Below are positions 42,904 to 57,410 of a stretch of 64,000 nt of DNA, piece by piece. The notes beneath the pieces were generated by a model, which saw only the letters and a program-made list of their open reading frames with translations, did no database searches and was not told where the DNA came from. Position 1 is the stretch's first letter; each line of letters opens with the position of its first letter. The stretch comes from the human T2T-CHM13v2.0 reference genome, Homo sapiens, in NCBI RefSeq assembly GCF_009914755.1, contig NC_060929.1. The stretch is one strand, 5' to 3'. Made by a program: the position numbers and the translations under genes.

Positions 42904-44049
42904 CCAGAAAGAACACGTTGCCCCTCATCCTTTTTATAACTATAGGGTCTGGATTGACAGAATAGAAGCATCACCATCTTGGAAAAGCACCACCATTTTA
43001 AAGTTCTGATTGATCAAAAATCACCTAAATCCAACCCAAAGGACATCAGTCTAATGGCTAATGTTAGCATGACCATAAACCACAAACAACATCTCTGACC
43101 AGAAACATTCCAACCCTAAGATAAACCCCTCCCTGACCAGAGGCATGCCAACCCCGAGATAACTTCCCTTCCGGCTGGAGAGATGTCAGCCCCAAGATAA
43201 CTTCCCCTCCCATCAGAGACATTCCAACCCTGCAATAAACTTCTCCTCTACACAGAAACATTCCAAGCCTGTAATGAATTCTCTCACCCTAAAACCCTTA
43301 AATATTCTTAGTCTGGAAGAGAGTGTGCTCCTGACCAAAATCAGCCAGAAGCCCCTCTCAGGTTTATTCTCCAAAATTTCTGCTTTTTATGTTTCTTTCC
43401 TCTTTAACTATTAAAATTTTGACCACAGCCTTTCTCAGTTACTGGGGGAAGGTGTGCAGTGTGCCAGTGGCTAATCTTCTAGATGAAATAGCCCCCATCT
43501 GCCCCACTGGCTAAGGTGATAGGAGGATGTTGGTCTACCTACTGGTACAAAAACCAGTATTCTAATGATTCTCTTAGGACCTCCTTCTGTGCCTGATACC
43601 CAAAACTGATTTTTAGAGAATCTCAAAATCTGTCTCCACATGCAGCAGCCATCTTCTGTATGTATTTTGAGCTTAGTTTTCCTATTAAATTTCATCTGCC
43701 TTTTTTCAAGTATTCTACAAATTCTGTTCCATTAATAATCTTTTTTTTAGTGTTGTTATACTTTTATTCATTTTATATATGTGATTTGACTCATAACCTG
43801 AGAATTCAACAAAATGAAGAAACCAACTGCCTAGAAAAGCTCATATGCACTGAGGCTTTAGGGCCCCCCGACTGTTCCCAAACCTCCTGGGAAAAATGGG
43901 TCCAAAGTGATGTCACTGATTGACTTGTCTTCTTTCATTACAGCTTTTAAAAAAAAAAATTTAAAATCCCCACCTCACCACTTCACCCTGACCTTCTACT
44001 CACCTTTTAAGATCCTTCCTAGACTCTCCTTTAGAGACTCATTCCTTAC

Positions 44050-44140
44050 CTGGTTAAACCACCAAGACCTCTACATGGCTGTTTGATGCTAACATAAAAG
44101 TACTTTGCATTTGCTTTGCTTCTACAGCCACAGGACTGTA
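44050..44140 (-). other. Candidate exon (91 nt)
   Basis: Very strong acceptor ttttcttcttttccag|TACA and donor CCAG|gtaagg. Confidence 0.5.
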
Positions 44141-45849
44141 CTGGAAAAGAAGAAAATGTTTGGAAGAAAGAGATCAATAAGACAACAAAGCAGACACAAT
44201 ATGACTGAGAACAGAGAAGCCGGGTGGGAGAGGACCCCCAGGCCAATAGCCTCAGCTGCAAACAATCACAGGCAGTGATGAATGGTGTTACAAAGGGTCG
44301 TCATTACCCTCAGGGATGGGGACAGCATGAGATGATAATGAATATGTTTGAGGAAGAATAATATAACCTCATCTGGTATGGATGGGTGGCATCAGCATTT
44401 AGGCTGCTGGATAGGAGAATGTGTTGACATTATTTATAGCTACAATGCAGAGCTGTGACAGAGATCCATTGTAAACAATGCCTTCCAAGGCAGCTGCTTT
44501 CCATTGAAAATATAACAGAAGAGTTTGTAAAGGGTGGCTTAGGATGACAGCATTAAAGAGGGCTGTCATCTCCACTAAATCTGGGACTCATTTTCGTTCC
44601 TATTTTTATTTCCATTTACATTTTTTTTATATCTCAGCAAGCTTTCTAACTTTTTTTAAACCAGCAAGTTTTTTTAAGTGTCATTCTATTTAGAGTTCTC
44701 ATTACTTGAAAATGGGCCAAATTATAAATTTTTCCAAATAAAAGGGAATTTTGTATAATTTCTTCCTAACCCCATCCCCACAATGTTTTTCTCCATAAAC
44801 AGCTTTAATACATAAGTCTTTTCAGGAATTGCCATTCCCAGAGGAGAGGTTTTACTTTATATAAAAATAGGTTAAAAGGTCGTTAACAGTAATATAAAAA
44901 ATGAGATAAGTGAAAAGAAGCTACTAATGTCCTGAGGGTAGAATACATTAATCATGAAACATGACCTAGATAAATCCCAATGTATCTAGGGCCAATCTTT
45001 AGTTGTAAAACCACAGGATCTTGACATTAGAGGAAATTCAAGCCCTTGAAATGAATAATATTGAAAAGTTCTGGTAGAGAAAGAATTTCAGGACTATAAT
45101 TCTACTTCAAAATGTTTTTTGCGTGATTGACTTTAGAAGCCAAAGAAACACACATTTTATAAAAAAATACATAAATATCTCTTCTAAAATCTCCCTTTCC
45201 TACACATTTTGAACTCCTTTTCTGTCCTGTGTGCTGGGACAAACCAGTACTGTTGATGGAAGGTCACAGGTCACCACAGGGACTCATTTGTCCTAATTTC
45301 ATGTCCCAGGAATTCTCAATCTCCCTGAATTCAGTTACAGGCTTTTCTAATTTCTATACCACTCAGCCAGACAATTTGACCTTTAACAACTATTCCTTGT
45401 CTCCCTTTGCTTTTCCTCTGGTCTGGATTTCTAATCCCTTCCCCATCACAAGTCAGTTAATGACATCACCTTGCATCCATTCTCCCCAAGAGGTTTGGGG
45501 AGAGTCAGGGGTTCTAAAGCCTTGGTGCATATGGGTTCATCTTGTTGTCCTCCTTGATACAGAACACTGGGTGGGATGATGGCTCCAGGATCACTGCTGT
45601 GTGTACAGTTTCATTCTAGTCTTCTACCTGCCCACATTCCAGTTTTCACTCTTATCCAAAACAGCCAAAGGCCTGGATTCCCATTACCTGCCACTTCCCT
45701 GTCTCGATGGCATCTTCTATTTCTGAACCAAGTCCAGCCAGAGCTCATTTTTGTTCACCTCACCTCTCAGACCAGATAGCTCAGCAGGCAATCCTTAAGC
45801 ATAGGCTCAAGTTGTAGTCTTAGAATAGCAAAAAGTGCAGCTTCTGAAT

Positions 45850-46060
45850 TGAAGCTTCCACAGTCAATGCTGAGCTCTGACACCTACTGTCTAAATGACT
45901 TGCACAGCCACTACTCTTCTCTCAGCCTCAGTTTATTTGCCAATGAGATGGAGATAATAATGTGGCCTGCTTCACAGGGTGAGAAGCATCTTCACAGTGT
46001 GAGAAAAATGAGTTAATCCACATGGTATTGTTAGATGATAAATTCTTAATCACTGTTGGG
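45850..46060 (+). mobile_element. MIR
   Basis: ctctgacacctactgtc..ctctcagcctcagtttatt..atggagataataat..ttcacaggg. Confidence 0.65.
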
Positions 46061-47249
46061 GTATTACTCCTTCTAAATGATTTTCCTTTTTACTTAATGG
46101 TGAAATCAAAGGACAAAGAAAAAGAGAAAAGACATTTATGCCTGCTCAAGAAGGCTTAACAAAAACCAATGAGGAACTCTTCTTTAACTCCTTACACAGA
46201 ACTTTCCATAGTAATTTGGCCTCCCTTCTTCTCAGACGACACTGTGCAATGTACAGTCATTCTCTTGCTCAGGGGTCTCTTCACAGGGACTTTTGGTTTT
46301 CCTTGTTGATTTTAGTTTTCCTTCACAGGGGCTTGGTTTTGCTTATTGAGCCATTGGTGATCATGGCCATTAACATTACATATATACTGGTAAGTACTAG
46401 CGAAGCCCCATTGCCTCTTGGGATTCATCTCATAGCAACAGGTCTTAATTTTATTTCCAAGCCATATCCTTAGAACACTCTCCAAAGAGTTTTCAACAGG
46501 ACAAATGGGTTGATATGGTTTGGGTAATTACCATTATCTCAGAAACTTGTGGAACCACACCAGCTGAAAACGATATGTTATCATTTACCCTCTTGCAGAA
46601 AAAAATATATTTTTGAGATATCCCAAACTGATTCTCTCAAAGACACAAAATCATTATCCCTATTTTTGTGTTGTGTGTATCCATGACTAATTATGATAGA
46701 AAATGAGAGTTTGAGAAAAAAACACAACCATTAAAATTGCCTATGTCAATTTTCCCCTCACAGTAGGATCAGACCAGCCTCCACGAGGAATCTAGTTATT
46801 TATTTGGCAATCTGGCTCTTCAGGTTTGGGAGGGGAAGAGTTTCCGCCTGAGACAAAGGAAGAGAACAAGTAGTGTGAGGTATTGCAGAGCCAATGAGAA
46901 AATGAAAAGATTCCAGCTGAGTGGGATTAAGAGCAAATTCTAAGTCACTTGGGCTAAGGTGGGACTGTGGTTGAGATGTGATACACCATGTGATATGAAA
47001 TTTAGAGAAGAGAGAATTGGAGCAAGAGTTCAGGGCCAAGTGAGTGAGTCAATTCAGAGTGGCACTAGACTCTGGTGGTTAAAGCTCACCTTTGGCCCAG
47101 CAGATGGGTGTATCTGGGTGTTTTCTATACCCCAGGGACAGGCAGACACACTGTGACCCAAAATATCTCATCTGCTTGTGTCACCTTTCACTTCTACTGA
47201 TTATCCAACCTGAAATTCTCACCAAATGCCATTCTGATTAGAGGGTCAC

Positions 47250-48600
47250 CTATTCATTTATCCAACATTCCACCCAATATACGGCAGGACTGATCCAAGA
47301 ACCAGAGGCACAGAAGTGAATTTCTACCTGCAGAGGCTGTTCTTTAAGTACATTTGATTAATAAGAAAACAGATTTTTGATGAGTGATCAGTGAACACAC
47401 TATGAGTCAACAAAGAAGAGCACTGTTAACCCTGCATTGGAAGCTCTGGAGAATTCCTCAGAGGAGGTAGCATTTAGGCTGGTCTGGAAGGAAGATGAGC
47501 CTGATACTAAAAATATGGGGTAAGTGGTACTCCAAGCAGAGGAGCAATATACAGTAACCAATGTGTGAAACTCAACTGAGTCATGAGACAAAGTGTTCAG
47601 AGAATAAAATAGCTCATTGTCACTGGCCCTGGGATATATATTTATGGGTCAGGGCAAAGATAGTGGTGTGAAAGTTAAACATGAAAGGAGGAAGTAGGAA
47701 GAGACAACCATGAAGAACACTACCAGTCATTCCAAAGAGTTTGAAGGACTTTTTTCTGGATTTGGTTGGACACGTTCCACGGGCAGAAAGGAAAACTAGA
47801 GCTATTGCAATAATTACATGTGAAACTAAGTATCGATATCTGACATAAGGCAAAGGCTGTCACAGACAAAGAGGTAAGAAAGTATTTGGGATACTTAAAC
47901 CCAAAATTACTAGGATTTGGTGATCAACTGATGAAGGGGGCCAGGAGCAAGCAGGAATCTTGATACTTTCATTTGTTTCTAGGTGAGGAAGCTGGATAAA
48001 CAAAAGGACCATTTAGCAAGACAGAAGAACATGAGAAGAGAGATTTTGTTGGAAAGGTAACAAGTTCCATTCTGGATATATAGAGTGTGCAAAGCCTATA
48101 AGACACCCAGTGTGAAATAGTCAGTGTGCATTTCAACACGTGAAGCAGGGGCTCAGGGGAGAGTAAGCAGGTATGTGTTGCTCAGAGCACCAGGAATGGA
48201 GAAGGCCACAGGGGAGGATATGGAGACAGAAGAAGGCAGATGAAAGCTTTCAGCTTGAAGCACACCAGTACCAAGGGGTGAAAGATAAGAAGGGCTGGTG
48301 TGGGGCGTGAAACAGGTGAGGATGGCCAGAGAGCAACAAAGAGAGAAGTGGTAGGCATGTGTCAAAGAAAACAGGACAAGGTTGCAAGAACAGAATGGTG
48401 GAAAACAGTGTCTAGCAGAGGCTAAATAAGGACTGGAAAACAATTCCTGGATTTAGGAAACTAGAAAATCATTGGTAACCTTAGTGAGGATAATTCCACA
48501 AAGTGGTTTTTATCTCCCTGGCTGTGGTGAGTGTTGGAGGAGCTGGGGAGTACTGACAGTGGAAGACATGCCTGGAAGAAGAGGTGACAGTGCAGGAGAT
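47250..48600 (-). mobile_element. L2 relic
   Basis: Purine-rich reverse L2 segments (gaggaggtagcatttaggctgg, ggatttggtgatcaactgatg, aaatcattggtaaccttagtgagg). Confidence 0.65.
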
Positions 48601-50512
48601 GCCAAGTCCAGCCAGCAAGGGTGATCCACTCTGTGAAATGCTGGGCTGTGGGGGAACAGGAGGAGGATGCTAAAGAGGACAAGACGTTTGAGGAAGGGGT
48701 TTTGTTTAAAGAAGAGACACCCGAGCTTATGTACAGCTTGGGAAGCAGAGACATCAAAAATACAGGAGGGAGTGGCTTGATGCTGCCAGGCTCCCTGGAA
48801 GTGGGAGGGGACTACTGGAGTCAAGGTGGAGAATTTTCCTTCCACTTTTGCAGCCCTCCTCTCCTGGAGAGACCAGGGCTAAAGGCATATAACTCTGCAA
48901 GCAGGAGCAGCCAGGGAGACTTTCAGATGCTAAAAGGAGGAGGTCAAACTTCCGGACCTTCCCACCTCTGCCCTTAAACTTTTAATGTGATACCCAAGTT
49001 ATCAGAACACCGTGAGAAACAGGGACCCCAGCATCTATGGTTTTTAAATCTCCCCTAAAATGACTTCAGTGTCCAGCCATGCTTGGGAATGACCACTTTC
49101 AACTTTTTGCCACTTTCCACACATAGCCATCCTCTCTCTGACAATTTGGTAAAATGTGCCTTTTATCTTAGAAACAAGTATTTATTATCTCAGGTGGCCT
49201 TTAAATACCTCTTCCTGATACTGTTAGTTGGGACGTTTGTTGCCTTGTGATTTAAATTCAAAATCTTCTAATGAAATGGGTTATTTGTTTTCCATAAGGA
49301 TTTTAAAAGGCAGCTCTCTTTATATTCATATACCTCAATTCTTCAAATTTCCCCCCAAATAATAAATCTAATAATTTAAGAAGAAAAAAAAGTCTGTATC
49401 TTAGAAATTCAAGTTCATGATTACCTACAGGGTAAACATAAGTTTCATTGATTCCAAAAAACATACGAAGTATATTATAATTAATGGCATATATGAAATT
49501 ATAGCTAATGACCACAAAAATTAAGTGCACAGTAGAGACACTTAGAAATCAGAGACATGTTTCTGATTTCCTCCTTTGGCAACACGTAAAGCGATATATT
49601 ATACTTTACTATTTTTCCTATTTGTTTTTATTTTGTGAGTTTTTTTCTCTTCTGGTAATCCAGTATGAAGTGGAGAAGTAGAAGTCTGAGTGATTTACTA
49701 GTCAAAGGATAAGCAGGGGTCAAAACCAAAAAACCCATAATATGCCTCAGTCTCAAGAAAACTCCATGCAAATTCTTCCATCATTTATGGACTTCACATA
49801 CTTAGTGTTTCCCTATTATGTGCCAGGCAATGGAGATAAATGGATGATACCAAAAGGCACGTAGATACCCATAAGCTTCCTGGCCCTGGAATTCCTCACC
49901 ATGACCCACAAAGCTCTGGATGTGGCTGCTTCCTGATCTATCCAGTGCTGCTCTTGTTCCTGCTCCATGCACTCCAACAACACTGGCCTTCTGAAAATTT
50001 TGTAGTCATAGAACCATTACTGCCTTTCCCTTTTTAGTTACTGTTCTATATGCCTCGAGTACTATACACACCCTGCAGTTGGCATGGCCCACCCCTTCTC
50101 TTGATGGCTCTGCTGGATGGTTCCTCAGCCCCAAACAGCAGGGTCCCTGGTGCTCTCAATTGGGCAGGCCATGAAGCCAGCGTTTCCTCTGCCCGGTGTG
50201 TTTGCCCATACCTACTACACAAAGTCATTAACCAGCATTTATGTCACTGTCCTAAGCTTGGCTGAGGGATGAGGGTCGGGTGGCAGGTAAAGTGGGAAAT
50301 AAAAGTAAAAATTGCTGAAAATGAACATGGAATGAAGAGTGCTCTACACCCTTTTATGTCTGTGAAGTCCAGCTTGCTGAGAGGTTGACTCACCACTAAA
50401 GCCAAAAAGCCTCTGGTTAGGAGAAAGGTGGTAGCTCTTTAAAACCAAATCCATTTCCCCTGCTAAGTGCATTCATTTCTCCTAATCTGCACTGTGAGGC
50501 TGATGATCTTAC

Positions 50513-50537
50513 CTTGCTTTTCTATTCTCTCCCTCAT
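50513..50537 (-). other. Candidate micro-exon (25 nt) beginning with ATG
   Basis: ctttgttttctag|ATGAGGGAGAGAATAGAAAAGCAAG|gtaaga. The body is purine-rich (ESE-like). Confidence 0.4.
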
Positions 50538-50879
50538 CTAGAAAACAAAGCTATTTTTAAAACCACGAATCTCTGACAAGAACAAAGTCAACATTTTGGA
50601 AAAATAGTGATTTTTTTTAAAAAGTACCTTTTGAAAAAATATTAAAATGTACAAATAAAAAACTGTATAGTAATGTTTCTCAAATGAGTAGACTTTTGAG
50701 ATTAAATCTAAGGCTAAAATTGGTTTGGGATGGAGGAGGGCAATAGAACAAACAAATTTAGAAGCTTGGGAAAAAGGAGAAGTGAAGCTCAGAGAAAAGT
50801 AGATACATGCCAATATGAAGTAGAAAAAAAAACTAAATGCAATGCTTTGTAAAAACCTATGCATAAATGTGAAAACCAA

Positions 50880-53850
50880 GAAGAAACAGAGAGAAGATTA
50901 TACATCACTTAAAACTGACCCTAGAAATGAAAAGCAGTAGAAAAAAAATGTTATCAAAAAACTTCCTCACAAAAAGCACATGCACTGATGGTATCACAGG
51001 TGAGTTCTGTAAAACCTTCAAGGAACAAACTCAGTTGTTTAAAATTTTCCAAGAGACAGAGGGAACAAAAACTGCCAGTTTTTAAAAAAGCTTGCATGAT
51101 AGTGATACAGAAATTTGATAAATATAGCAATAAAACTATAGTCTAATCTGACTTATAAATATTAATGTGAAATTTCTATATAAAAATATAAGCAAATAGA
51201 AGCCAGAATCACAGTAAAAGAATGATATATCACATACCACACCAGGATGATTCAACTGTAAGACATTTATTAATGTAATTCACTCTGTCAACAAGTCAAA
51301 AGAGAAAAGCACTCCATATGTTCAGCTATACAGATGCTGAAATGGCATTTGATTTTAGAAATCTGGAAAGGATAAAGAATTTTAATTTTTAACAAAGTAT
51401 AAGTATGTGGAATCTCCAGTGCATGGTAAAATAAATATATTTCAGGTCAAATGTCAGCCACTCTTTTTTTTTTTTTAACGTTTAAGTTCAGGGATACATG
51501 TGCAGGTTTGTTACATAGGGAAACTTGAATCATGGGGGTTTGTTGTACAGATTAGTTTATCACCCAGGTATTAAGCCTAGTACCCATTTGTTATTTTTCT
51601 TGATCCTCCCCTTCCTCTCACTCTCCACCCTCTGACAGGCCCCAGTGTATGCTGTTCCCCTCTTTGTGTCCATGTGGTATCACAATTTAGCTCCCACTTA
51701 TAAGTGAGAACATGCGGTATTTGGTTTTCTGTTCCTGCATTAATTTGCTAAGAATAACGCCCTCCAGCTTCATCCATGTCCCTGCAAAGAACATGATCCT
51801 GTTCTTTCTATAGGTGCATAGAATTCCATGGTGTATATGTACCATATATTCTTTATCCAGTCTATCATTGATGGGCATTTATGTTGATTCCATGTATTTG
51901 CTATGGCGAATACTGCTGCAGTGAACATACACATGCATGTGTCTCGATAACCATGATTTATATTCCTTTAGGGACATACCCAGTAATGAGATTGCGGGGT
52001 TGAATGGTGGTTCTGTTTTTAGGTCTTTGAGAAACGGCCACACTCTCTCCCACAATGGTTGAAGTAATTTACACTCCCACCAACAGTGTAAAAGCTTTCC
52101 ATTTTCTCCACAACTTTGCTAGCATTTCTTATTTTTTGACTTTTTAATAATAATCATTCTAACTTGTGTGAGATGGTATCTCACTGTGGTTTTCATTTGC
52201 ATTTCCCAGATGTTGAGCTTTTTTCATATGATTGTTGGACTCATGTATGTCTCCTTTTGAGAAGTGTCTGTTCATGTCCTTTGCCCATTTTTAATGAGGT
52301 CTTTTTCTTGTAAGTATGTTAAAGTTTCTTACAGATGCTGGATATTAGACCTTTGTCAGATGCATAGTTTGCAAAAATTTTTCTCCCATTCTGTAGGTTG
52401 TCTGTTTACTCTGTTGACAGTTTGTTTTGCTGTGCAGAAGCTTTTTTAGTTTAATGAGATCCCATTTGTCAATTTTTGCTTTTGTTACAACTGCTTTTGG
52501 CATCTTCATCACTAAATCTTTGCCCGTACTTCTATATCCTGAATAGTATTGCCCAAGTTGTCTCCCAGAGTTTTTACAGTTTTGGGTTTTACATTTACAT
52601 CTTTAATCCATCTTAATTTTTGTATGTGGTGTAAGGAACAGGTCCAGTTTCAATCTTCTGCATATGGCTAGCCACTTATCCCAGCGCCATTTAATAGGGA
52701 ATCCTTTCCTCGTTGTTTGTTTTTATCAGGTTTGTTGAAGATCAGAGTTGTAGGTGTGTGGTCTTATTACTGGGTTCTCTATTCTGTTCCATTGGTCTAA
52801 GTGTCTGTTTTTTGTACTAGTAGCATACTGTTTTGGTTACTGTAGCCATGTAGTATAGTCTGAAGTTGGGCAATGTGAGGCCTCCAGCTTTGTTCTGTTT
52901 GCCTAGGATTGCCTTGGCTATTCAGGTCAGCCACTCTTAATAAGTTAACAAGTAAAACGCTTAGAAGAGTTTTTGAACATGATTAGTACCACATGCCTAT
53001 GTAGTTTTATCATCATAATCATTATGAGAAAAATTTCCATAGTATTATTTTTCAAAAGGATTCACATTATCATAATATTTGCACTGTTTTAGAAGTTCTC
53101 ATTTGTTAAGTTACCCAAGAGAAAGATATCAGACATCAAAACTGGAATAAAGTTATTGATCATTTTAGAATATATGACTTCACATCTGCAAGCTCCAAGA
53201 AAATCAGGTGAAAATTAATAGGAAACGGTAACAGAATTTAGTAATATAACTGGTTATTATATTATTAATACCAATGGGTTTCTTATATAAAGGTAACAAA
53301 CAATTTCAAAATACAAGAAAAAAGCTCACTTACAACACCTACAAAAAGATAAAATACATTTATATAAAATTTTCAAGAGATGTCCTGGTTCTAGATGAAG
53401 AAAATTTGAAACACAGAAAATATATTGGGTGGTGGAAAAATAGAAAGAGATACCTTATTCTTGAATATGAAGACTCAGAGTTATAAAGACATCAATTTTC
53501 TCATTAGTTTTTAAGATGGACAAGTTGACTCTTAAAATCATGTATAAAATAATCAAAAACTGCCACAAAAATAGAAAAAGAAGAGCACTGAAAGGTAACC
53601 AGCCCCACCAGGTAATAAAACTTATAAATGCATTACAAATAGAATGGCTGGTACTAGTACCTATGTAAAGAGACTAATAGAACAGAGTAGAAACAGGCCT
53701 AAACACATAAGGAACTTACGATATGATAAATCTGGCATTTTGAATCAATGAATAATGTTGCGATAACCACTCACCAGTCTGGAAAAAAAAATACTACCTC
53801 ACTCCTTACACTAGGGAAAATTTCAAATGGATCAAAGATTTAAATCTAAT
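50880..53850 (+). mobile_element. Old L1M ORF2 relic, split by the L1PA insertion
   Basis: gatggtatcacaggtgagttct..ccttcaaggaa, cagatgctgaaatggcatttga, ttcaaatggatcaaagatttaaat. Confidence 0.65.
51464..52925 (-). mobile_element. L1PA (about PA10-PA13) 3' 1.46 kb, 5'-truncated
   Basis: Reverse L1 3' UTR and ORF2 end (GTWMKLEGVILSKLMQEQKTKYRMFSLISGS). 13-bp TSD gtcagccactctt at 51453 and 52926. Confidence 0.93.
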
Positions 53851-54404
53851 TTTACTAAAATTTCAGTAAAAGTGCAAAACATTAGACCCATTGTGTCGTA
53901 TGGAAGCAAGAAATTTTTGTCCAATGTAGTGGCCCAAGGTCTTAGTAACTAGCTGCTGCTGAGTGATTTCTGCCCCAGACATTTATTCTGATTGATTTGA
54001 AATGGCCTAACTCTGCTTCCACTACTCAGAATTATGGGTTCAAATACCATTTGCTTAATTTTTTTTCCTGAGTTATATTTCACTCAAAAGAAAGAGGAAA
54101 TCATAAGTTTCCTAAGAGCAGAGGCAGTGACTCATCTAGCTCTTAAAGGACACTGATGTTCACTTTTGGTGGGACTGAGCCTGAAATCTCACCCTCATGG
54201 AAGGGTATCTCTGGCTTCAGGACCCTCTCTTTGCCCATCCCATCTCCCTTCCACCTTCCTGTGCACTACCCTCATCTTACATCTATTGGAAAAGTTGGCT
54301 TCACCGATTCCTATCTCTGTTCTCTTCCTAAGCCACCCCCTGGAAGTACGTCTGAACTGACATTGTTCTATGTAATGGGCTCTTTCTTTAAAAAATAAAT
54401 TTCA

Positions 54405-54690
54405 GGCTGGGTGTGGTGGTTCATGCCTGTAATCCCAGCACTTTGGGAGGCCGAGGTGGGCAGATCACGAGGGCAGGAGGTCGAGACCAGCCTGGCCAAC
54501 ATGGCAAAACTTCGTTTCTACTAAAAATGCAAAAATTAGCCGGGCATGGAGGCAGGCACCTGTAATCCCAGCTACTCGGGAGGCTGAGGCAGGAGAATTG
54601 CTTGAACCCGGGAGGCGGAAGTTATTGTGCCATTGCACTCCAGCCTGGGCAACAAGAGCAAGACTCTGTCTCAAAAAATAAATAAATAAA
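54405..54690 (+). mobile_element. AluS with a small internal deletion
   Basis: Dimeric Alu lacking gcagtgagccgag in the right arm, with an (AAAT)n tail. Confidence 0.93.
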
Positions 54691-55717
54691 TTACAGAGTA
54701 TTAAATGTTCTGCAGCTGTTCTAACTATACCAAGAAATCTGCAACCCTTAAACATCAGTTTGAGAAAGAAAATACTAGTAATACAGTTTCCAGTCTCCTT
54801 TTTTTGGGGGCATTTATAAATGCTAAAATTTGCTTGATCAACCCAATCATATTTTAAAATGCATACATATGAACTAAAACGAGAAGAAAATATAAATATA
54901 ATTGTTATCACTGTAGAATGGTTAAGTTTTTCCCTTCAATTTTTTAGTGTTTTATAACATGTTATATTCTGATTTTAAAATCTATTAATTGTAAACAAAT
55001 GAAAAATTCAAAGAAAAATTAAGGAAATCAGCAGTCTATTACATCATCCAAGAAAGGAGTTATGATGATGATGTGTTTCCTGTCTCTTTTCTATTTACAC
55101 ATGTGTGTAAATAAAATGGTATAGAAAAGTTGTCCTTGTGAACTGCTTTGTTCAGTTAGCTTTAGATAAACATTCCATGTCACCTAAAATTATTTAAAAT
55201 TTTATTGCCTATATAATAATCCAAAGAATGGCTATATCATAATTTTGTTTACTTATTTCACTATAGTTGAACATTTAGAGATCATAATTGCAAAAGATTT
55301 AAGGCAAATGCTGTAACAGCAATAATAGCATTTCTGGCCATTTATTATACTCTATGCAAGTGGTATTACTGGTTCAAAAAAAAAACCATTTTCATGTCTG
55401 GATATTATAAAGTTGGTTTCAACGATTTTATTGCTCAACAGTAAGCACTATCAAATACAATTCTCACCTTTAGAATTTCTTTCTTCAGAGAAATGACAGG
55501 AGGGTCCAATCATATCAATTAAGTCTTCAAAGACTGACAGATGAGGATTTCAAGAGCCTACCTCACTGGCTTATTTCTATAACTTGTAGTCTCATCTTCA
55601 CTAACCCACTCTATAAAGCCTTGGGTGAAAAAGCTAAATGAGAAGATCCACATTTGAGAAAAGCATACAAAAATCCCCCAGAACACCGTCAACTCTCCTA
55701 ACTTAAGGACTCATTAA

Positions 55718-55912
55718 ACCCATGCTTCTCAAACATTAACGTGGATCCCAGTCACCTGAAAGGCCTGTTAAAACCCAGACAGATAGGTCTCATGCCAGGT
55801 TTCCAATTCAGTAGGTCACGTTGGGGCTCAGAATGGGTGTTACTAACAAGTCTCCCATGCTACTAACAAGGCTAATATTGCTGATCTGGAGACCCTACTT
55901 TGAGGATCGCTG
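55718..55912. mobile_element. MER5-family MITE
   Basis: atgcttctcaaac..gtcacctg..aattcagtaggtc..actttgaggatcgctg. Confidence 0.7.
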
Positions 55913-57284
55913 CACTGCGCAATCATATCATATACTTAATGTATGTTCCAAGTACTGTTCCAGGTTCAGGTGATGGCAGTAAACAAAACAGGCAAGGTTC
56001 CTGCACTCATGGAGCTTACAGTCTAACAATAGAACATCTAATAACAGACATCAGACAATAAGCAAATAACCAATGAGCAGAATTAGGGGGCAGTGACACC
56101 TGTTACATTCTCTCAGAAATTCCCTAGGATGGGAGATGATTTGGAACTGGCATCTCCAACTAGAGTGCTGGTATCCGTTGTGCTTCTGGTCCTTTCTCGG
56201 GCTAGTATGGGGTTGGAGCCAGCAAGGCAGAACAAAGTAAGTATTAAGTTTTAGCAATTCCCTTCTCAAGCTGGACAAAAAGGCCAACTAAAAGCAGAAA
56301 ACCCAGCAGTTAGCGAATGAAAGGAAGAGTGTTTCTTCCATTAAGAAAGCACACTGTTATACTTTTTAGAACCAGGAGGGAAATAGGTTTTTGATCAGAA
56401 AATTAAATTATCACTGCCACTCTTATAAAAGGCCTAATTATATATAAGCAGAATGTATTGATCAATACAATGAAATTACATATTCAAGTTATATATATAT
56501 ATACACCACGTGACTTAGCAAAAATCAATGGAAATGGGACAAGCATCTCTTGTGCTAAAAGTGCATCAAACAAAATGGAAATAAGGTACTCAAATGTAAC
56601 TGAATACCACATACCTCTTTCATATTTATAAGATGCCTTCTTCACAAATGCATTTACCATTAGGTACTAAAGAACATTAGATGACAGCAATTATCCTGAT
56701 TATCCACCCCACCTATTCTACCCCTGTACACCGCTACGTGATTTCCTTAAAGATGTTCCTCTTCATAAAGCAAAATGCCCTGTTCCCTTTTGTTTCTATA
56801 AGCAGCTTGCAGGTGAGATCTAATAAATTGTCTTTGGCATTAATAACTAAAAGAGCTTCTAAACTTTCACTTGCTGCTTGCTATTTGCTGCAGGATTCAA
56901 GACACTTCATTTCAGTTTTTCAACTTCAGAGTTAGCTTTCAAATATATTTTAAACATGATTCAGATACACAATTTACACACTGAACCAATATATCCAAAC
57001 ATATACATATCTGAAACAAAATTTTACCAAATATTATTTACCCTCACTACACAAGAAGCATGCTGATATTTTCACTCTATTTCTTTTGTTTTAATGCCTG
57101 TACAACCCACTAACTTATAACCTAATGGGTCACAATCCACAGCCTGAAATAATCTCTTTATAATATAAAATCCTACCAATCCATGCAGAACCACTCCACA
57201 CATACACACAAAAGTTACCCTTCCCCTAAGGTTTCAGAGATAGAAGGAAAAAACAAAACAAAGGAAAAAATCCTGTGCACTCAC

Positions 57285-57410
57285 TTGGTTATGCTGCTCA
57301 GACTCCGACAACCCTCCAGAGCCAGGAAGTGCATGTAAGTGCCTAATCCGTGTTACATGTTGTAATTTCCACCTGTGTCTGTCCTTTCCTTAGTGGAAAC
57401 AGGAAAAGCT
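57285..57410 (-). other. Candidate first exon / promoter-like segment
   Basis: Donor CCAA|gtgagt at 57285/57284, ETS core CAGGAAGT at 57323-57330, E-box CACCTG and GGAAA motifs. The 5' end is unknown. Confidence 0.3.

Larger units (their letters stand above)
39499..43414 (+). mobile_element. Deleted ERV1 provirus (MER83/MER84-like LTRs with MER4-group internal region)
   Basis: Two homologous LTRs at about 39499-39944 and 42955-43414, a PBS, an AT-rich non-coding internal region and an env TM remnant. No gag or pol. Family name is tentative. Confidence 0.85.
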
